The notes under the pieces are model-generated. The model had not been told where the DNA came from. It searched no databases and saw nothing but the letters and a program-made list of their open reading frames with translations. Position numbers and translations under genes: made by a program. Positions 14,804-23,476 of a stretch of 24,000 bases of DNA are shown here, piece after piece (the stretch's first letter is position 1; every line of letters starts with the position of its first letter). The stretch lies in NCBI GenBank assembly GCA_016840095.1, contig JAEOSZ010000099.1:3475-27474 (forward strand), written 5' to 3'. The DNA is from Candidatus Heimdallarchaeota archaeon (GTDB lineage Archaea > Asgardarchaeota > Heimdallarchaeia > Heimdallarchaeales > Heimdallarchaeaceae).

Positions 14804-15520
14804 ATGAATATTTTTGATCTATCAACTAAAAATTCTATTTTCAGAGAGATAGCAATTTTAGTCTATTTAGCTCAGAGAAGAGCAGCTGAAAGGGAAATAG
14901 AAGTTACTACTACTCAACTTGCCAATTATTTTTCTATCTCACAACAAACTGCATCAAGATGTTTACAGGATTTAGATAAGAAGAAAATAGTAAATTGGAA
15001 ATCTACTCCTAAGGGTTCCTTAGTTCAACTCACACCAACTGGAATTTCAATTCTTGAGCAACTTCGTTTTGAATTAGAAAAAGCACTTCATCCTGATTTA
15101 TCATTTATTACACTAAAAGGAAAAATAATTACTGGTACTGGTCAAGGTAAATACTACATCTCACGTCCTTCTTATCTTAATTCATTCAGAAAGAAACTAG
15201 GTTTTACACCCTATCATGGGACATTAAATGTTAGGATAAATTTAGAAGATAAAAATGGCTTAGATTTGATAAGAGGTTCCTGGCCAACAATCATTACTGG
15301 ATTTGAAGGTGAGGAAAGAGAATTTGGAGATGTTTTATGTTATCCTCTCGAAGTAGTTAATTTAGATGCAAAAGCTGCAGGAATAAAACCTACAAGAACT
15401 CACCATGGTGAAAACATTCTTGAAATTATAAGTGATGTGTGTATTAGAGACGAAATGAACCTGAAAGATGGAGATGAAATCACCATCAAGTTTTCATTAG
15501 AACAAGAAGAGACTGGGTAA
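14804..15520 (+). CDS. ribK: wHTH-fused CTP-dependent riboflavin kinase (RbkR-type bifunctional regulator/kinase)
   Basis: The C-terminal domain matches archaeal RibK: LKGKIITGTGQGKYYIS...LGFTPYHGTLNVRI...PTRTHHGENILEIISDVCIRDEMNLKDGDEITIKF. The N-terminal ~100 aa is a wHTH (TTTQLANYFSISQQTASRCLQDLDKKKIV...VQLTPTG). Start placed at ATG 14804; TTG 14717 and ATG 14750 are alternatives. Confidence 0.85.
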   Translation: MNIFDLSTKNSIFREIAILVYLAQRRAAEREIEVTTTQLANYFSISQQTASRCLQDLDKKKIVNWKSTPKGSLVQLTPTGISILEQLRFELEKALHPDLSFITLKGKIITGTGQGKYYISRPSYLNSFRKKLGFTPYHGTLNVRINLEDKNGLDLIRGSWPTIITGFEGEEREFGDVLCYPLEVVNLDAKAAGIKPTRTHHGENILEIISDVCIRDEMNLKDGDEITIKFSLEQEETG

Positions 15521-15521
15521 A

Positions 15522-16199
15522 ATGATTGGAATTGAAGACAAACTTGTTATCAAACAGATCTACACTAACTCTCTCAAAGGTATTAAATCTTCACTATCAA
15601 GTATCTCCCGGCAATTAGGATTTTCTTTGGAATTTGTTAGTTCGCTTATTGAGTCTCTTGTAGAAAAGGGTTCAGTTGAAATTGATCCAGACAATAATTA
15701 TCACTTAACTGCAACTGGGCGAAAACTGATTTCAGTTGTTTTAACAGGTGGTACATTTGATATACTTCATGTAGGACACCTATTCACTTTCAATCAATCT
15801 AAACTCCTAGGAGATGTTTTAGTTGTTGTTCTGGCAACTGATAAAAATGTTAAGAAACTAAAGAAGCATCCAACAACTAACTCCCAAAAAGATAGGGTAG
15901 AATTAATTGATCATATAAAATCGGTTGATGCAGCAATAATCGGTGATGAGCACGATTTCATGAAGATAATGGATCTTGTTAAACCTGATCTGATAACTGT
16001 AGGATACGATCAAAAGCATGATGAAAAGGACCTTTATGATACAATATCCTCGAAAGGATATTCTCACGTAAAGATTATTCGACTTCAAAAACATGTTTCT
16101 GGCAAATCAACTTCAAAAATAGTACAAGAAATAATAAAACACAATTATAGACAGTTTGATGAGGAGGACTTAGAAACCTTATTAAAATTCCCAGATTAA
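15522..16199 (+). CDS. ribL: wHTH-fused FAD synthase (RibL-type FMN adenylyltransferase)
   Basis: VVLTGGTFDILHVGHLFTFNQSKLLGDVLVVVLATDKNVKKLK...DLITVGYDQ is the nucleotidyltransferase core typical of RibL. It is preceded by a ~70-aa wHTH-like extension (SLSSISRQLGFSLEFVSSLIESLVEKGSVEID...YHLTATG). The gene starts 1 nt after the ribK stop. Confidence 0.85.
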   Translation: MIGIEDKLVIKQIYTNSLKGIKSSLSSISRQLGFSLEFVSSLIESLVEKGSVEIDPDNNYHLTATGRKLISVVLTGGTFDILHVGHLFTFNQSKLLGDVLVVVLATDKNVKKLKKHPTTNSQKDRVELIDHIKSVDAAIIGDEHDFMKIMDLVKPDLITVGYDQKHDEKDLYDTISSKGYSHVKIIRLQKHVSGKSTSKIVQEIIKHNYRQFDEEDLETLLKFPD

Positions 16200-16209
16200 A
16201 TCAAATTGT

Positions 16210-17601
16210 ATGTTTGTCAAGAATAAATCTTCCTTATTACAATTGTCAAGGAACATTTCTGAAGAGAGGTTAATAACCTCATTAATTGATATAATTGAGT
16301 ATATTCTTGAGCAGGCACAACCTAAAAATCTGTTATCATCATTTATTAAAATTAGTGACGATAAACTAGTGATAAAAGATAGAAGCTTTGATTTTGATTC
16401 ATATGAGAATTTTTACTTAATTTCTTTTGGAAAAGCTTCTCAAACTATGTCCTATTGGTTTTTAGAGCGTTTTCCAAGAAATTTTTCTCGTATTATAATC
16501 GTATCACCGGATGATAAAATACCTGAATTAAATAGTTCTACAAATTTAGATTTTCACAAAACAGGTCACCCAAAACCAAATCAAGAAAGCCTCAATGCTG
16601 CAAAGAATGTTATTTCTTTGCTTGAAAAAAATACATCTAAAGATCTGTGTATTTTCCTTATCTCTGGTGGTGGTAGTTCTCTCCTAGAATATCCCGATTT
16701 TGGTTTATCTCTTGATGAATATTCAAGATTAATGGAAATTATGCTTTCTTGTGGTTCATCTATTTCTGAACTTAATACTATCAGAAAACACTTTTCGAAA
16801 ATTAAGGGAGGAAAACTAGCTACATTATCAAAAGCTTCTATTTTGACTCTAGCTATTTCTGACGTTATAGGTAATGATCTCTCGACCATAGCTTCTGGTC
16901 CAACTGTTCCAGATAAAACAACTTGGAATGATTGTGGTGAGATAATGACAAAATACTCTCTTGTTACTTCTTTACCAGATTCAATCAAAACTATACTAGA
17001 AAATGGAATAGAAGGATTTCTAGATGATACGCCTTCTGATGAAAATAATTTCACCCATGTGAAAAACTATATTGTGGGTGACAACCTGGCTCTTCTTGAA
17101 TTATTGAGTATAAAACTCAAGCTTGATGCAACGTCTGAAATTATAGATCACAGAATACAAGGTGAAGCAAAAGATATTGGTGAAAAATTGGCTAGTATTG
17201 CAAGTACTTTGTTATCTAATCTAAAACATGAAAAGAGAAAAACAGTTCACTATTTATTGTTTGGAGGGGAAACAACTGTAAAATTATCCTCATTGCGAGG
17301 AAGGGGAGGAAGAAATCAGGAATTAGCTTTATCTTTTGCTCTATCTTCTAAACATAATGAATCAATTTATTTTGTGAGTTTAGGTACTGATGGGATCGAT
17401 GGTAATTCAGAAGCTGCTGGAGCAATAGTCGGACCTTTTACTATATCTAATTCTGAACTAAAACTAGAAGCTAAAAAATCGTTAGCTGAAAATGACACCA
17501 ATTCTTTCTTTAGCAAAAATGGAGGAGAAATTCTAACAGGACATACAGGAACCAATCTCATGGATATTGGTGTAATATGCATAGTAGTTGGGAAAGATTA
17601 A
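16210..17601 (+). CDS. Glycerate 2-kinase / hydroxypyruvate reductase family (DUF4147 + MOFRL)
   Basis: FGKASQTM, FLISGGGSSLLE, IRKHFSKIKGGKLA, ISDVIGNDLSTIASGPTVPD, GGETTVKL..GRGGRNQELALSFA, GTDGIDGNSEAAGAIV, TGHTGTNLMDIGV. Confidence 0.85.
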   Translation: MFVKNKSSLLQLSRNISEERLITSLIDIIEYILEQAQPKNLLSSFIKISDDKLVIKDRSFDFDSYENFYLISFGKASQTMSYWFLERFPRNFSRIIIVSPDDKIPELNSSTNLDFHKTGHPKPNQESLNAAKNVISLLEKNTSKDLCIFLISGGGSSLLEYPDFGLSLDEYSRLMEIMLSCGSSISELNTIRKHFSKIKGGKLATLSKASILTLAISDVIGNDLSTIASGPTVPDKTTWNDCGEIMTKYSLVTSLPDSIKTILENGIEGFLDDTPSDENNFTHVKNYIVGDNLALLELLSIKLKLDATSEIIDHRIQGEAKDIGEKLASIASTLLSNLKHEKRKTVHYLLFGGETTVKLSSLRGRGGRNQELALSFALSSKHNESIYFVSLGTDGIDGNSEAAGAIVGPFTISNSELKLEAKKSLAENDTNSFFSKNGGEILTGHTGTNLMDIGVICIVVGKD

Positions 17602-18227
17602 TCCCTATTTTCTTTATCTAAGCGTTTTTCTAAATTCTTGCTTTGTTGTGCTACAAATAAATCTGATAAAGTCCTTTCAACTAATACTCGTGCAGTGTCC
17701 TTCTTTCTTCTTAAATCTGGGACCAGATTCTTACCAAAATCTATCTGTAGATAGGTACCATATAGTTCTTTCATGATGTTATAATAAATTTTTGCAGCGT
17801 TGATATCACCCTCAACTAGCCTTTCAAGGACATATCTTCTTAGTTCTCCTATAAGATCTGCAATTCCTAATAAATAAGCAGCATCAGTAACATCAAGATC
17901 TTCAATAGAAGTTAGTATCTTGTTTTCTATAATGTCATATAGTAATCTGGCTTCAGCATATTCTTGCATTGCAACACCAATAATGCCGGTATATGCTTGT
18001 AAATCTTCTTTCATAATTTGGTTAATTTTTTGCATTTCTTTTTTTGCATTATCCAATTTTTCCTTAGCTTCTAGTGTTTTTCCTCTGTGGAAATTTTCAA
18101 TACTTTGACCAGAAAATTTGATGATAGTTCTAGACAATTTGAGCAACTCTTCTCTGATATTATCACTCTGTTGAAGACGTTCTTCAATTTTTGTTGCACT
18201 TTCTTGAAAATTAATTGTGTCAACCAT
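17598..18227 (-). CDS. Translin-family nucleic-acid-binding protein (COG2178-type)
   Basis: REELLKLSRTIIKFSGQSIENFHRG, QEYAEARLLY, AYLLGIADLIGELRRYVLE, LRRKKDTARVLVERT. Start placed at ATG 18227; the ORF track uses TTG 18260. Its stop overlaps the glycerate-kinase stop by 4 nt, convergently. Confidence 0.75.
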   Translation of the reverse strand: MVDTINFQESATKIEERLQQSDNIREELLKLSRTIIKFSGQSIENFHRGKTLEAKEKLDNAKKEMQKINQIMKEDLQAYTGIIGVAMQEYAEARLLYDIIENKILTSIEDLDVTDAAYLLGIADLIGELRRYVLERLVEGDINAAKIYYNIMKELYGTYLQIDFGKNLVPDLRRKKDTARVLVERTLSDLFVAQQSKNLEKRLDKENRD

Positions 18228-18353
18228 ATTGTTCAATAGATTGATTTTTTTGTATTTCAAATATCTTGTGTTTGATATGTATCTATGACAAAGAACAAGA
18301 ATTTAATAGTGGCATTCTTTTTGTAATCAGAAAGACTCTAGGACGATTATATT

Positions 18354-19427
18354 ATGTTTCTTTCCTACTATGCTAATTTGTTAAAACGAGTCGATGCTTC
18401 TTTAAAGGAATTTATACACAAAAATGCCAAAGGTATCGATACAAACGAATTTTTACAATATTACTATGACGAAATAGAAAAATTTCTTTTCTCTGGAGGA
18501 AAAAGAATTAGACCAATTCTTATGATTACAGCTGGAACAGCTGTAAAACCTGATGTCAATATGGAAGGTATCATTAAAGCATCTCTTTCTCTGGAATTGT
18601 TACATAATGCAAGTCTCATACATGATGATATAATGGATAATGCTGAAACTAGAAGAGGTGAAACAGTTTTTCACAAAGTTTTAGGTCAATATTCAAAACA
18701 ACACTACAATAGTACAATCCAAAACCATGCAGATTTTGGTGTTGCAATGGGTATTTTGGGAGGAGACTTTGTTTATAATATGGCTTACAAAGCTATACAT
18801 GTAAATGATTTTCCTTCAGAAAGCGTTCTTAAGGCTTCTTTAGTATTTAATGAAGGTTTCTTCAAGATAGTTCGTGGGGTAATAATTGAAACAGATTTCA
18901 TGGGTAAGAACAATATCTCAGAAAATGAATATTTGGAAATGATTTATGGTAAAACAGCTGCATTGTTTGAAACAGCTACAGTAATGGGTGCAATATTAGC
19001 AAATGCAACAGAATCACAAATAGAGAATCTTAGATATTTTGGAAAATATGTAGGAATAGCATTTCAAATTGTAGATGATATAATTGGAACATTTGGGAAT
19101 ACTAAGAAAACTGGAAAACCCACTGATAGCGATATCAAAGAAGGTAAGAAAACACTTCTTCTAATTAAAGCATTAGAAATTGCAAACGAGTCTGAGAGAG
19201 AAATACTCGAACGAGTAGCTGGAAACAGAAATGCAAGTAGTGAAGACGTAGAATCTGTCAGAGAAATTTTCGAAACTACAGATGCTCTCAAGTATTCAAA
19301 GGAAAAAGCCGAGGAACAATATCAATTGAGTCTTTCATACTTAGAAAAAGCTGACCCAGAACTCGATATTAAATTTAAAACCTATCTCAAAGATATTGCA
19401 GAAAAAGGTGTAAATCGAGATACTTAA
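18354..19427 (+). CDS. idsA: trans-Polyprenyl diphosphate synthase (GGPP synthase family; product length possibly above C20)
   Basis: FARM LHNASLIHDDIMDNAETRRG, SARM region FQIVDDIIGTFGNTKKTGKPTDSDIKEGKKTLL, and GKRIRP near the N-terminus. Confidence 0.85.
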   Translation: MFLSYYANLLKRVDASLKEFIHKNAKGIDTNEFLQYYYDEIEKFLFSGGKRIRPILMITAGTAVKPDVNMEGIIKASLSLELLHNASLIHDDIMDNAETRRGETVFHKVLGQYSKQHYNSTIQNHADFGVAMGILGGDFVYNMAYKAIHVNDFPSESVLKASLVFNEGFFKIVRGVIIETDFMGKNNISENEYLEMIYGKTAALFETATVMGAILANATESQIENLRYFGKYVGIAFQIVDDIIGTFGNTKKTGKPTDSDIKEGKKTLLLIKALEIANESEREILERVAGNRNASSEDVESVREIFETTDALKYSKEKAEEQYQLSLSYLEKADPELDIKFKTYLKDIAEKGVNRDT

Positions 19428-19439
19428 TGGTGATTCTTA

Positions 19440-20231
19440 ATGGATTTATCAACAGCAGAAATTGTCTGCTTAGGAAATGAATTGTTAATAGGTGTAACTA
19501 CCAACACTAATGCTACATTCATTGGAGAACAACTTACAAAACTTGGGATTGAGGTTAGAAGAATAACTTGTATTAGAGATGACTTGGATTTAGCAGTAGA
19601 GTTCTTTCATGAGCTGTTTCAAAGAGAACCAGACATAATAATCGTATCTGGTGGTCTTGGACCAACATATGACGATATCCAAATGGAAGTTCTCTCAAAA
19701 GCAACAAATATTGAACTAGTAAAAACCTCTAAGGCTCTTGAACAAATAGAGAAATATTATTCATCAAGAAACTTGTCTTTAACCGAAGAAAGAGAGAAAA
19801 TGGCTTATCTTCCATCAAATGCTTTAGTTTTTGATAACAATGTTGGAAGTGCTCCTGGTTGTCATTTTGAATATAATGGAATGAACATTTATTGTTTACC
19901 CGGTGTGCCAACAGAAATGAAAGACATTATGACTAGACATATAATCCCAAAATTGAAAGAAGTGAATAATGAAGAATTAATTGAAAAAAAATTTCAGATA
20001 TTCGGATGTGTGGAGAGTCAACTTGCACCTTATATTAATGATCTTAAGAATGAATATATGAATCTGTACATAAAATCTCATCCAGCTTACAAAGATAAGC
20101 AAGGAATCGTTATTCACATCTCAGGAGTAGGATCTGAAATCAAAACTCAAGTTGAAGATGCGATTTCAAAGCTAAGAGAATATTTTAAGAATAATTTCCC
20201 TAATACTAAGATAATAGATTTGGAGGAGTAA
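19440..20231 (+). CDS. CinA N-terminal-like / MoaB-MogA fold protein (COG1058-type)
   Basis: EIVCLGNELLIGVTTNTNATFIGEQLTKLGIEV...DIIIVSGGLGPTYDDIQMEVLSKA. An SD-like GGTGAT lies upstream of the ATG. Confidence 0.8.
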   Translation: MDLSTAEIVCLGNELLIGVTTNTNATFIGEQLTKLGIEVRRITCIRDDLDLAVEFFHELFQREPDIIIVSGGLGPTYDDIQMEVLSKATNIELVKTSKALEQIEKYYSSRNLSLTEEREKMAYLPSNALVFDNNVGSAPGCHFEYNGMNIYCLPGVPTEMKDIMTRHIIPKLKEVNNEELIEKKFQIFGCVESQLAPYINDLKNEYMNLYIKSHPAYKDKQGIVIHISGVGSEIKTQVEDAISKLREYFKNNFPNTKIIDLEE

Positions 20232-20236
20232 GAATA

Positions 20237-21016
20237 ATGGCAAAAAGATATTATACAATATTTATGTTAGGAACCGCTGGAAGTGGAAAAACTGTTTTAA
20301 CAAAAACTATGCTCGATTGGTTTAATGAAAAGAAACTAGATGTAATTACACTTAATCTTGATGCGGGAGTTAGACGGTTACCCTATAATCCAGATATAGA
20401 TGTGAGAGATATTGTAAATATCGATAATTTGACTGATAAGCTAGATTTAGGACCGAATGGTGCGATGATTGCAAGTATGGATCTTATTGCTACAAAAATA
20501 GATACCGTTCGAGATGAAATTGATTATATAAAACCAGAATATCTTCTTGTGGACACACCAGGGCAAATAGAGTTATTTGCATATAGGAGTAGTGGAAGAT
20601 TAGTTTCCTCAGTTATAGCAGAAGGAAGTCAACCTGCTTCAATTTTCTTAATTGATCCATCACTTGCTTTAAGACCAGAAGGATTTTCTAGTATCTTATT
20701 ACTTAGTGTTTCAGTTGCATTTCAACTGGCTTTACCTCAAATAACAGCTATTTCTAAATCAGATATAATTGAAAAAGAACAAATGGAACATCTGGAAAAT
20801 TGGATTGATTCTCCAGAATCCTTAGTTACTGATTTGCAGCGTAGTGGTATTGTTTCTTTATCTCAACAACTTGGTATGAGTATAATTGACATCTTACAAC
20901 AATTCAAGTCTACAGGTGATCTACTCCCTATAAGTTCAAATACAGGATATAATATTGACACACTAATTGCTTTGTTAGAAAGGGACTGGGGAGAAAGAGA
21001 TGACTTCTATGAATAG
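20237..21016 (+). CDS. GPN-loop GTPase
   Basis: P-loop MLGTAGSGKT, GPN motif LDLGPNGAM, Walker B-like VDTPGQIELF. GGAGGAG SD upstream. Lies 5 nt after the preceding gene. Confidence 0.9.
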   Translation: MAKRYYTIFMLGTAGSGKTVLTKTMLDWFNEKKLDVITLNLDAGVRRLPYNPDIDVRDIVNIDNLTDKLDLGPNGAMIASMDLIATKIDTVRDEIDYIKPEYLLVDTPGQIELFAYRSSGRLVSSVIAEGSQPASIFLIDPSLALRPEGFSSILLLSVSVAFQLALPQITAISKSDIIEKEQMEHLENWIDSPESLVTDLQRSGIVSLSQQLGMSIIDILQQFKSTGDLLPISSNTGYNIDTLIALLERDWGERDDFYE

Positions 21017-21030
21017 ATATTGTTGTTAAT

Positions 21031-21801
21031 CTAAGATCCATATCTTCTTTGTCTTCTTTGATAGGTTCTGATAGCTCTCCATAGATCTATTCTTCTGAAA
21101 AGTGGCCAATGAACCTCTGCAAAATAATATTCAGAAAATGCTGATTGCCATAAGAGAAATCCCGACAACCTTTCTTCTCCTGATGTTCTAATGATTAGGT
21201 CTGGATCTGAAAGACCATTAGTGTATAGGTGATTGCTAATTAATTCTTCGTCAATATCATCGAAATCAATGTTCCCACCCTTTACCTTATCAAGAATACG
21301 TTTCAGTGCATCTACAATTTCTGCACGACCACCATAAGCCATGCAGATATTTAGTATGAAGTTGTCGTGCATTTTGGTTGCGTTCTCAGTCAATTTGATT
21401 TCTTCTTGAACGCTTTCTGGAAGGAGGTTTAATCTTCCTAAAACCTTAACTTTTACTTGATTTTTGTAAATACGTTTATCTTCTCTAATTTTTCTTAAAT
21501 TATCAATTGCAAGTTTCATAATTGACTTTACTTGGTCATCAGGACGTGAGAAATTTTCAGTCGAAAATACCCAACAAGTTATTACTTTTACATCAAGCTC
21601 CCAGCACCAATCTAGAACTTCTTCAAGTTTATCAGCACCAAGTTCATAGCCAGTTTTATAGTCGACACCTAACATTTTACTAGCTCGCCTATTACCATCT
21701 AAAATAATACCAATGTGTTTTGGAATAGGCTTACTTCTAATTTCTGAAGAAAGCTTCCTTTCGTATAATCTGTAGATGAATTTAGGAGTTAATAATCGCA
21801 T
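21031..21801 (-). CDS. uppS: cis-Prenyltransferase (undecaprenyl/dolichyl-type diphosphate synthase)
   Basis: PKHIGIILDGNRRASK, ITCWVFSTENFSRP, LIIRTSGEERLSGFLLWQSAFSEYYF, RRYGS terminus. Confidence 0.95.
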   Translation of the reverse strand: MRLLTPKFIYRLYERKLSSEIRSKPIPKHIGIILDGNRRASKMLGVDYKTGYELGADKLEEVLDWCWELDVKVITCWVFSTENFSRPDDQVKSIMKLAIDNLRKIREDKRIYKNQVKVKVLGRLNLLPESVQEEIKLTENATKMHDNFILNICMAYGGRAEIVDALKRILDKVKGGNIDFDDIDEELISNHLYTNGLSDPDLIIRTSGEERLSGFLLWQSAFSEYYFAEVHWPLFRRIDLWRAIRTYQRRQRRYGS

Positions 21802-21941
21802 AGGTTTCCCAGCTATAGAGATTTTGAGCTTCTTACGGGATTATCTTGAAAAATTACTTTATTAATGCTTGGTTTTGTAATTATTCAAAAATTTACTGGA
21901 AAAGAATTTAACAAAAATACTACTTAGAAGATGAAAGAATT

Positions 21942-22850
21942 CTAAATCAAACCATTTTCTACCAATAGTCTAAATTCATCAAGAGAAAGGTTTTCTCCAT
22001 CTTCATATTTCTTGAATGCTTGATTAACACTTTCTTCAATGCTAGATTTGATCCTATCTTTGATTTTCTGTCTATGTTCATTCTGAGCTTTTTTCAAGAG
22101 TTTTTTAAGCTCATTTTTCTCTGTAACTTTAGCTAGAAATTCTTTATGAAAATTATCTGCTTTTTTCTTGTTACTCAGGAATTCTTTGTGATATTCTGTA
22201 GCCTTTTTTCGTAAAGCATTGATCTGATGGAAATGCTGATTCATTAGATTGTGGTAGATTTGAGATTCTTTTGCTGAATCTACTATTTGAATATGTAATT
22301 GATTAATCTGTTTTTGGGAGGATGAGATTTTTTTCCATAATTCTGTTTGATGAGTAGTTATATGGACTTCTTCTGCTATTTGATTTAGATTATCAGAAAG
22401 TTTTTCCAGTATTTGGATCATCTCTTTTTCTTCTTCTGGTTTTAAAACACTAGTTTGCAATTTCCACTCTAAACCGTCAATCTTTGCATTTAAAGTACTC
22501 ATACTTCTTCTTTTCTTTCGAATATCGCTCTTATCTAGAGATTGTTCTTTTTTTACTATGTCCTCTAGAGTTTTCTTATCAGACTTTAAGCCCTCTTGCA
22601 GTTCCTTCCTTTTCTTCTTCAGTTGCTTAACCTGTGTGTTTAAATCATCTCGTTTACTTGTGAACTCTTTGGCTTTTTCCAATAATTCATGAATCTCTTT
22701 GTTGACTTCATTTCTTGAGCTGAGAGAATCTTTTGTGAATTGATTATGTTCATTTCTCTGATTTTTAAGGCGATTGATGCTTTCTTCTAGTTTACCTAGC
22801 TTAACTACTAGATTTTCTCCAGCAAAAAGTTCTTTGGATTTGTCTCCCAT
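21942..22850 (-). CDS. K/E-rich coiled-coil protein (COG1340-like archaeal coiled-coil family, tentative)
   Basis: 302 aa, almost entirely heptad-like charged helices (LKKKRKELQEGLKSDKKTLEDIVKKEQ...). No enzymatic motifs. Confidence 0.5.
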   Translation of the reverse strand: MGDKSKELFAGENLVVKLGKLEESINRLKNQRNEHNQFTKDSLSSRNEVNKEIHELLEKAKEFTSKRDDLNTQVKQLKKKRKELQEGLKSDKKTLEDIVKKEQSLDKSDIRKKRRSMSTLNAKIDGLEWKLQTSVLKPEEEKEMIQILEKLSDNLNQIAEEVHITTHQTELWKKISSSQKQINQLHIQIVDSAKESQIYHNLMNQHFHQINALRKKATEYHKEFLSNKKKADNFHKEFLAKVTEKNELKKLLKKAQNEHRQKIKDRIKSSIEESVNQAFKKYEDGENLSLDEFRLLVENGLI

Positions 22851-22971
22851 TATTTCAGCTCAAGTCTTGAAAAGAGTATGGTTTTTAAAGGTTTTTCGTA
22901 AGCTGACAATAGCTTACATAGTGTGTACATGTTACTATGATTAGTTGAATTACAAAGAAAAATAGATAAAA

Positions 22972-23361
22972 TCAGTTAAGTTGTCTTTCAACTTCTTGAG
23001 CTGCTCTAGCCATATCAAGAAACACTAAACCCAATTTTGCCTCTTTTCTAGCAGAAACAGTTAGAACTGCATTTTGTCCAGCAGCGATTGTAATAATATA
23101 TCCATAAGCTCCTTCGATGAAAATCTTTTCTAGTTCTCCTCTTTGCATTTCTTGAGCTACTCTTTCTCCAAGTGAAAGCATTGCTGCTGTCATAGCAGCT
23201 AAACGAGCTTCTTCAATCTCCTGAGGAAGAACTGAAGCTATTGGTAATCCTTCTATAGATACAATTGCTGCACTTTCAATTTCAGGAACTTTTATTTTAA
23301 GATCACTTAATGTAGTCTTTAGTTCATTTGTCTTGTTTTCGAATGTTATCCCAAAAGCCAT
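22972..23361 (-). CDS. Roadblock/LC7 (MglB-like) domain protein
   Basis: 129 aa. VPEIESAAIVSIEGLPIASVLP...ARLAAMTAAMLSLGERVAQEM..GELEKIFIEGAYGYIITIAAGQNAVLTVSARKEAKLGLVFLDM is the canonical Roadblock pattern. Confidence 0.85.
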   Translation of the reverse strand: MAFGITFENKTNELKTTLSDLKIKVPEIESAAIVSIEGLPIASVLPQEIEEARLAAMTAAMLSLGERVAQEMQRGELEKIFIEGAYGYIITIAAGQNAVLTVSARKEAKLGLVFLDMARAAQEVERQLN

Positions 23362-23476
23362 CCAGATTACCTACTCATTGATAACTTAGCTACATCTTAT
23401 AAATGCAGCTATTGCTTGTACATCTATCACAACATTACTTTTAAACTTATTTGGTTGGGCAAAAGAAAGTTCTAGA

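Noticed and set aside
18228-18260. TTG-initiated 11-aa extension of the translin gene.
   Set aside because: An in-frame ATG at 18227 gives a typical family length. The choice is not decidable from sequence alone.
19074-19088. Second Asp-rich motif of the prenyl synthase reads DDIIG instead of DDxxD, which at first suggested an inactive enzyme.
   Set aside because: The extended pattern FQIxDDxxGxFGxxxxTGKxxxxDIxEGKKT is, as far as I recall, a normal variant in archaeal and actinobacterial GGPP synthase-type enzymes. It is therefore not evidence of inactivation.
22898-22917. Perfect 7-bp hairpin GTAAGCT-gacaat-AGCTTAC between the Roadblock and coiled-coil genes, considered as a terminator.
   Set aside because: No oligo-T tract follows it on the transcribed (minus) strand. 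Archaeal termination relies mainly on T-runs, and a single short hairpin in AT-rich spacer could arise by chance.
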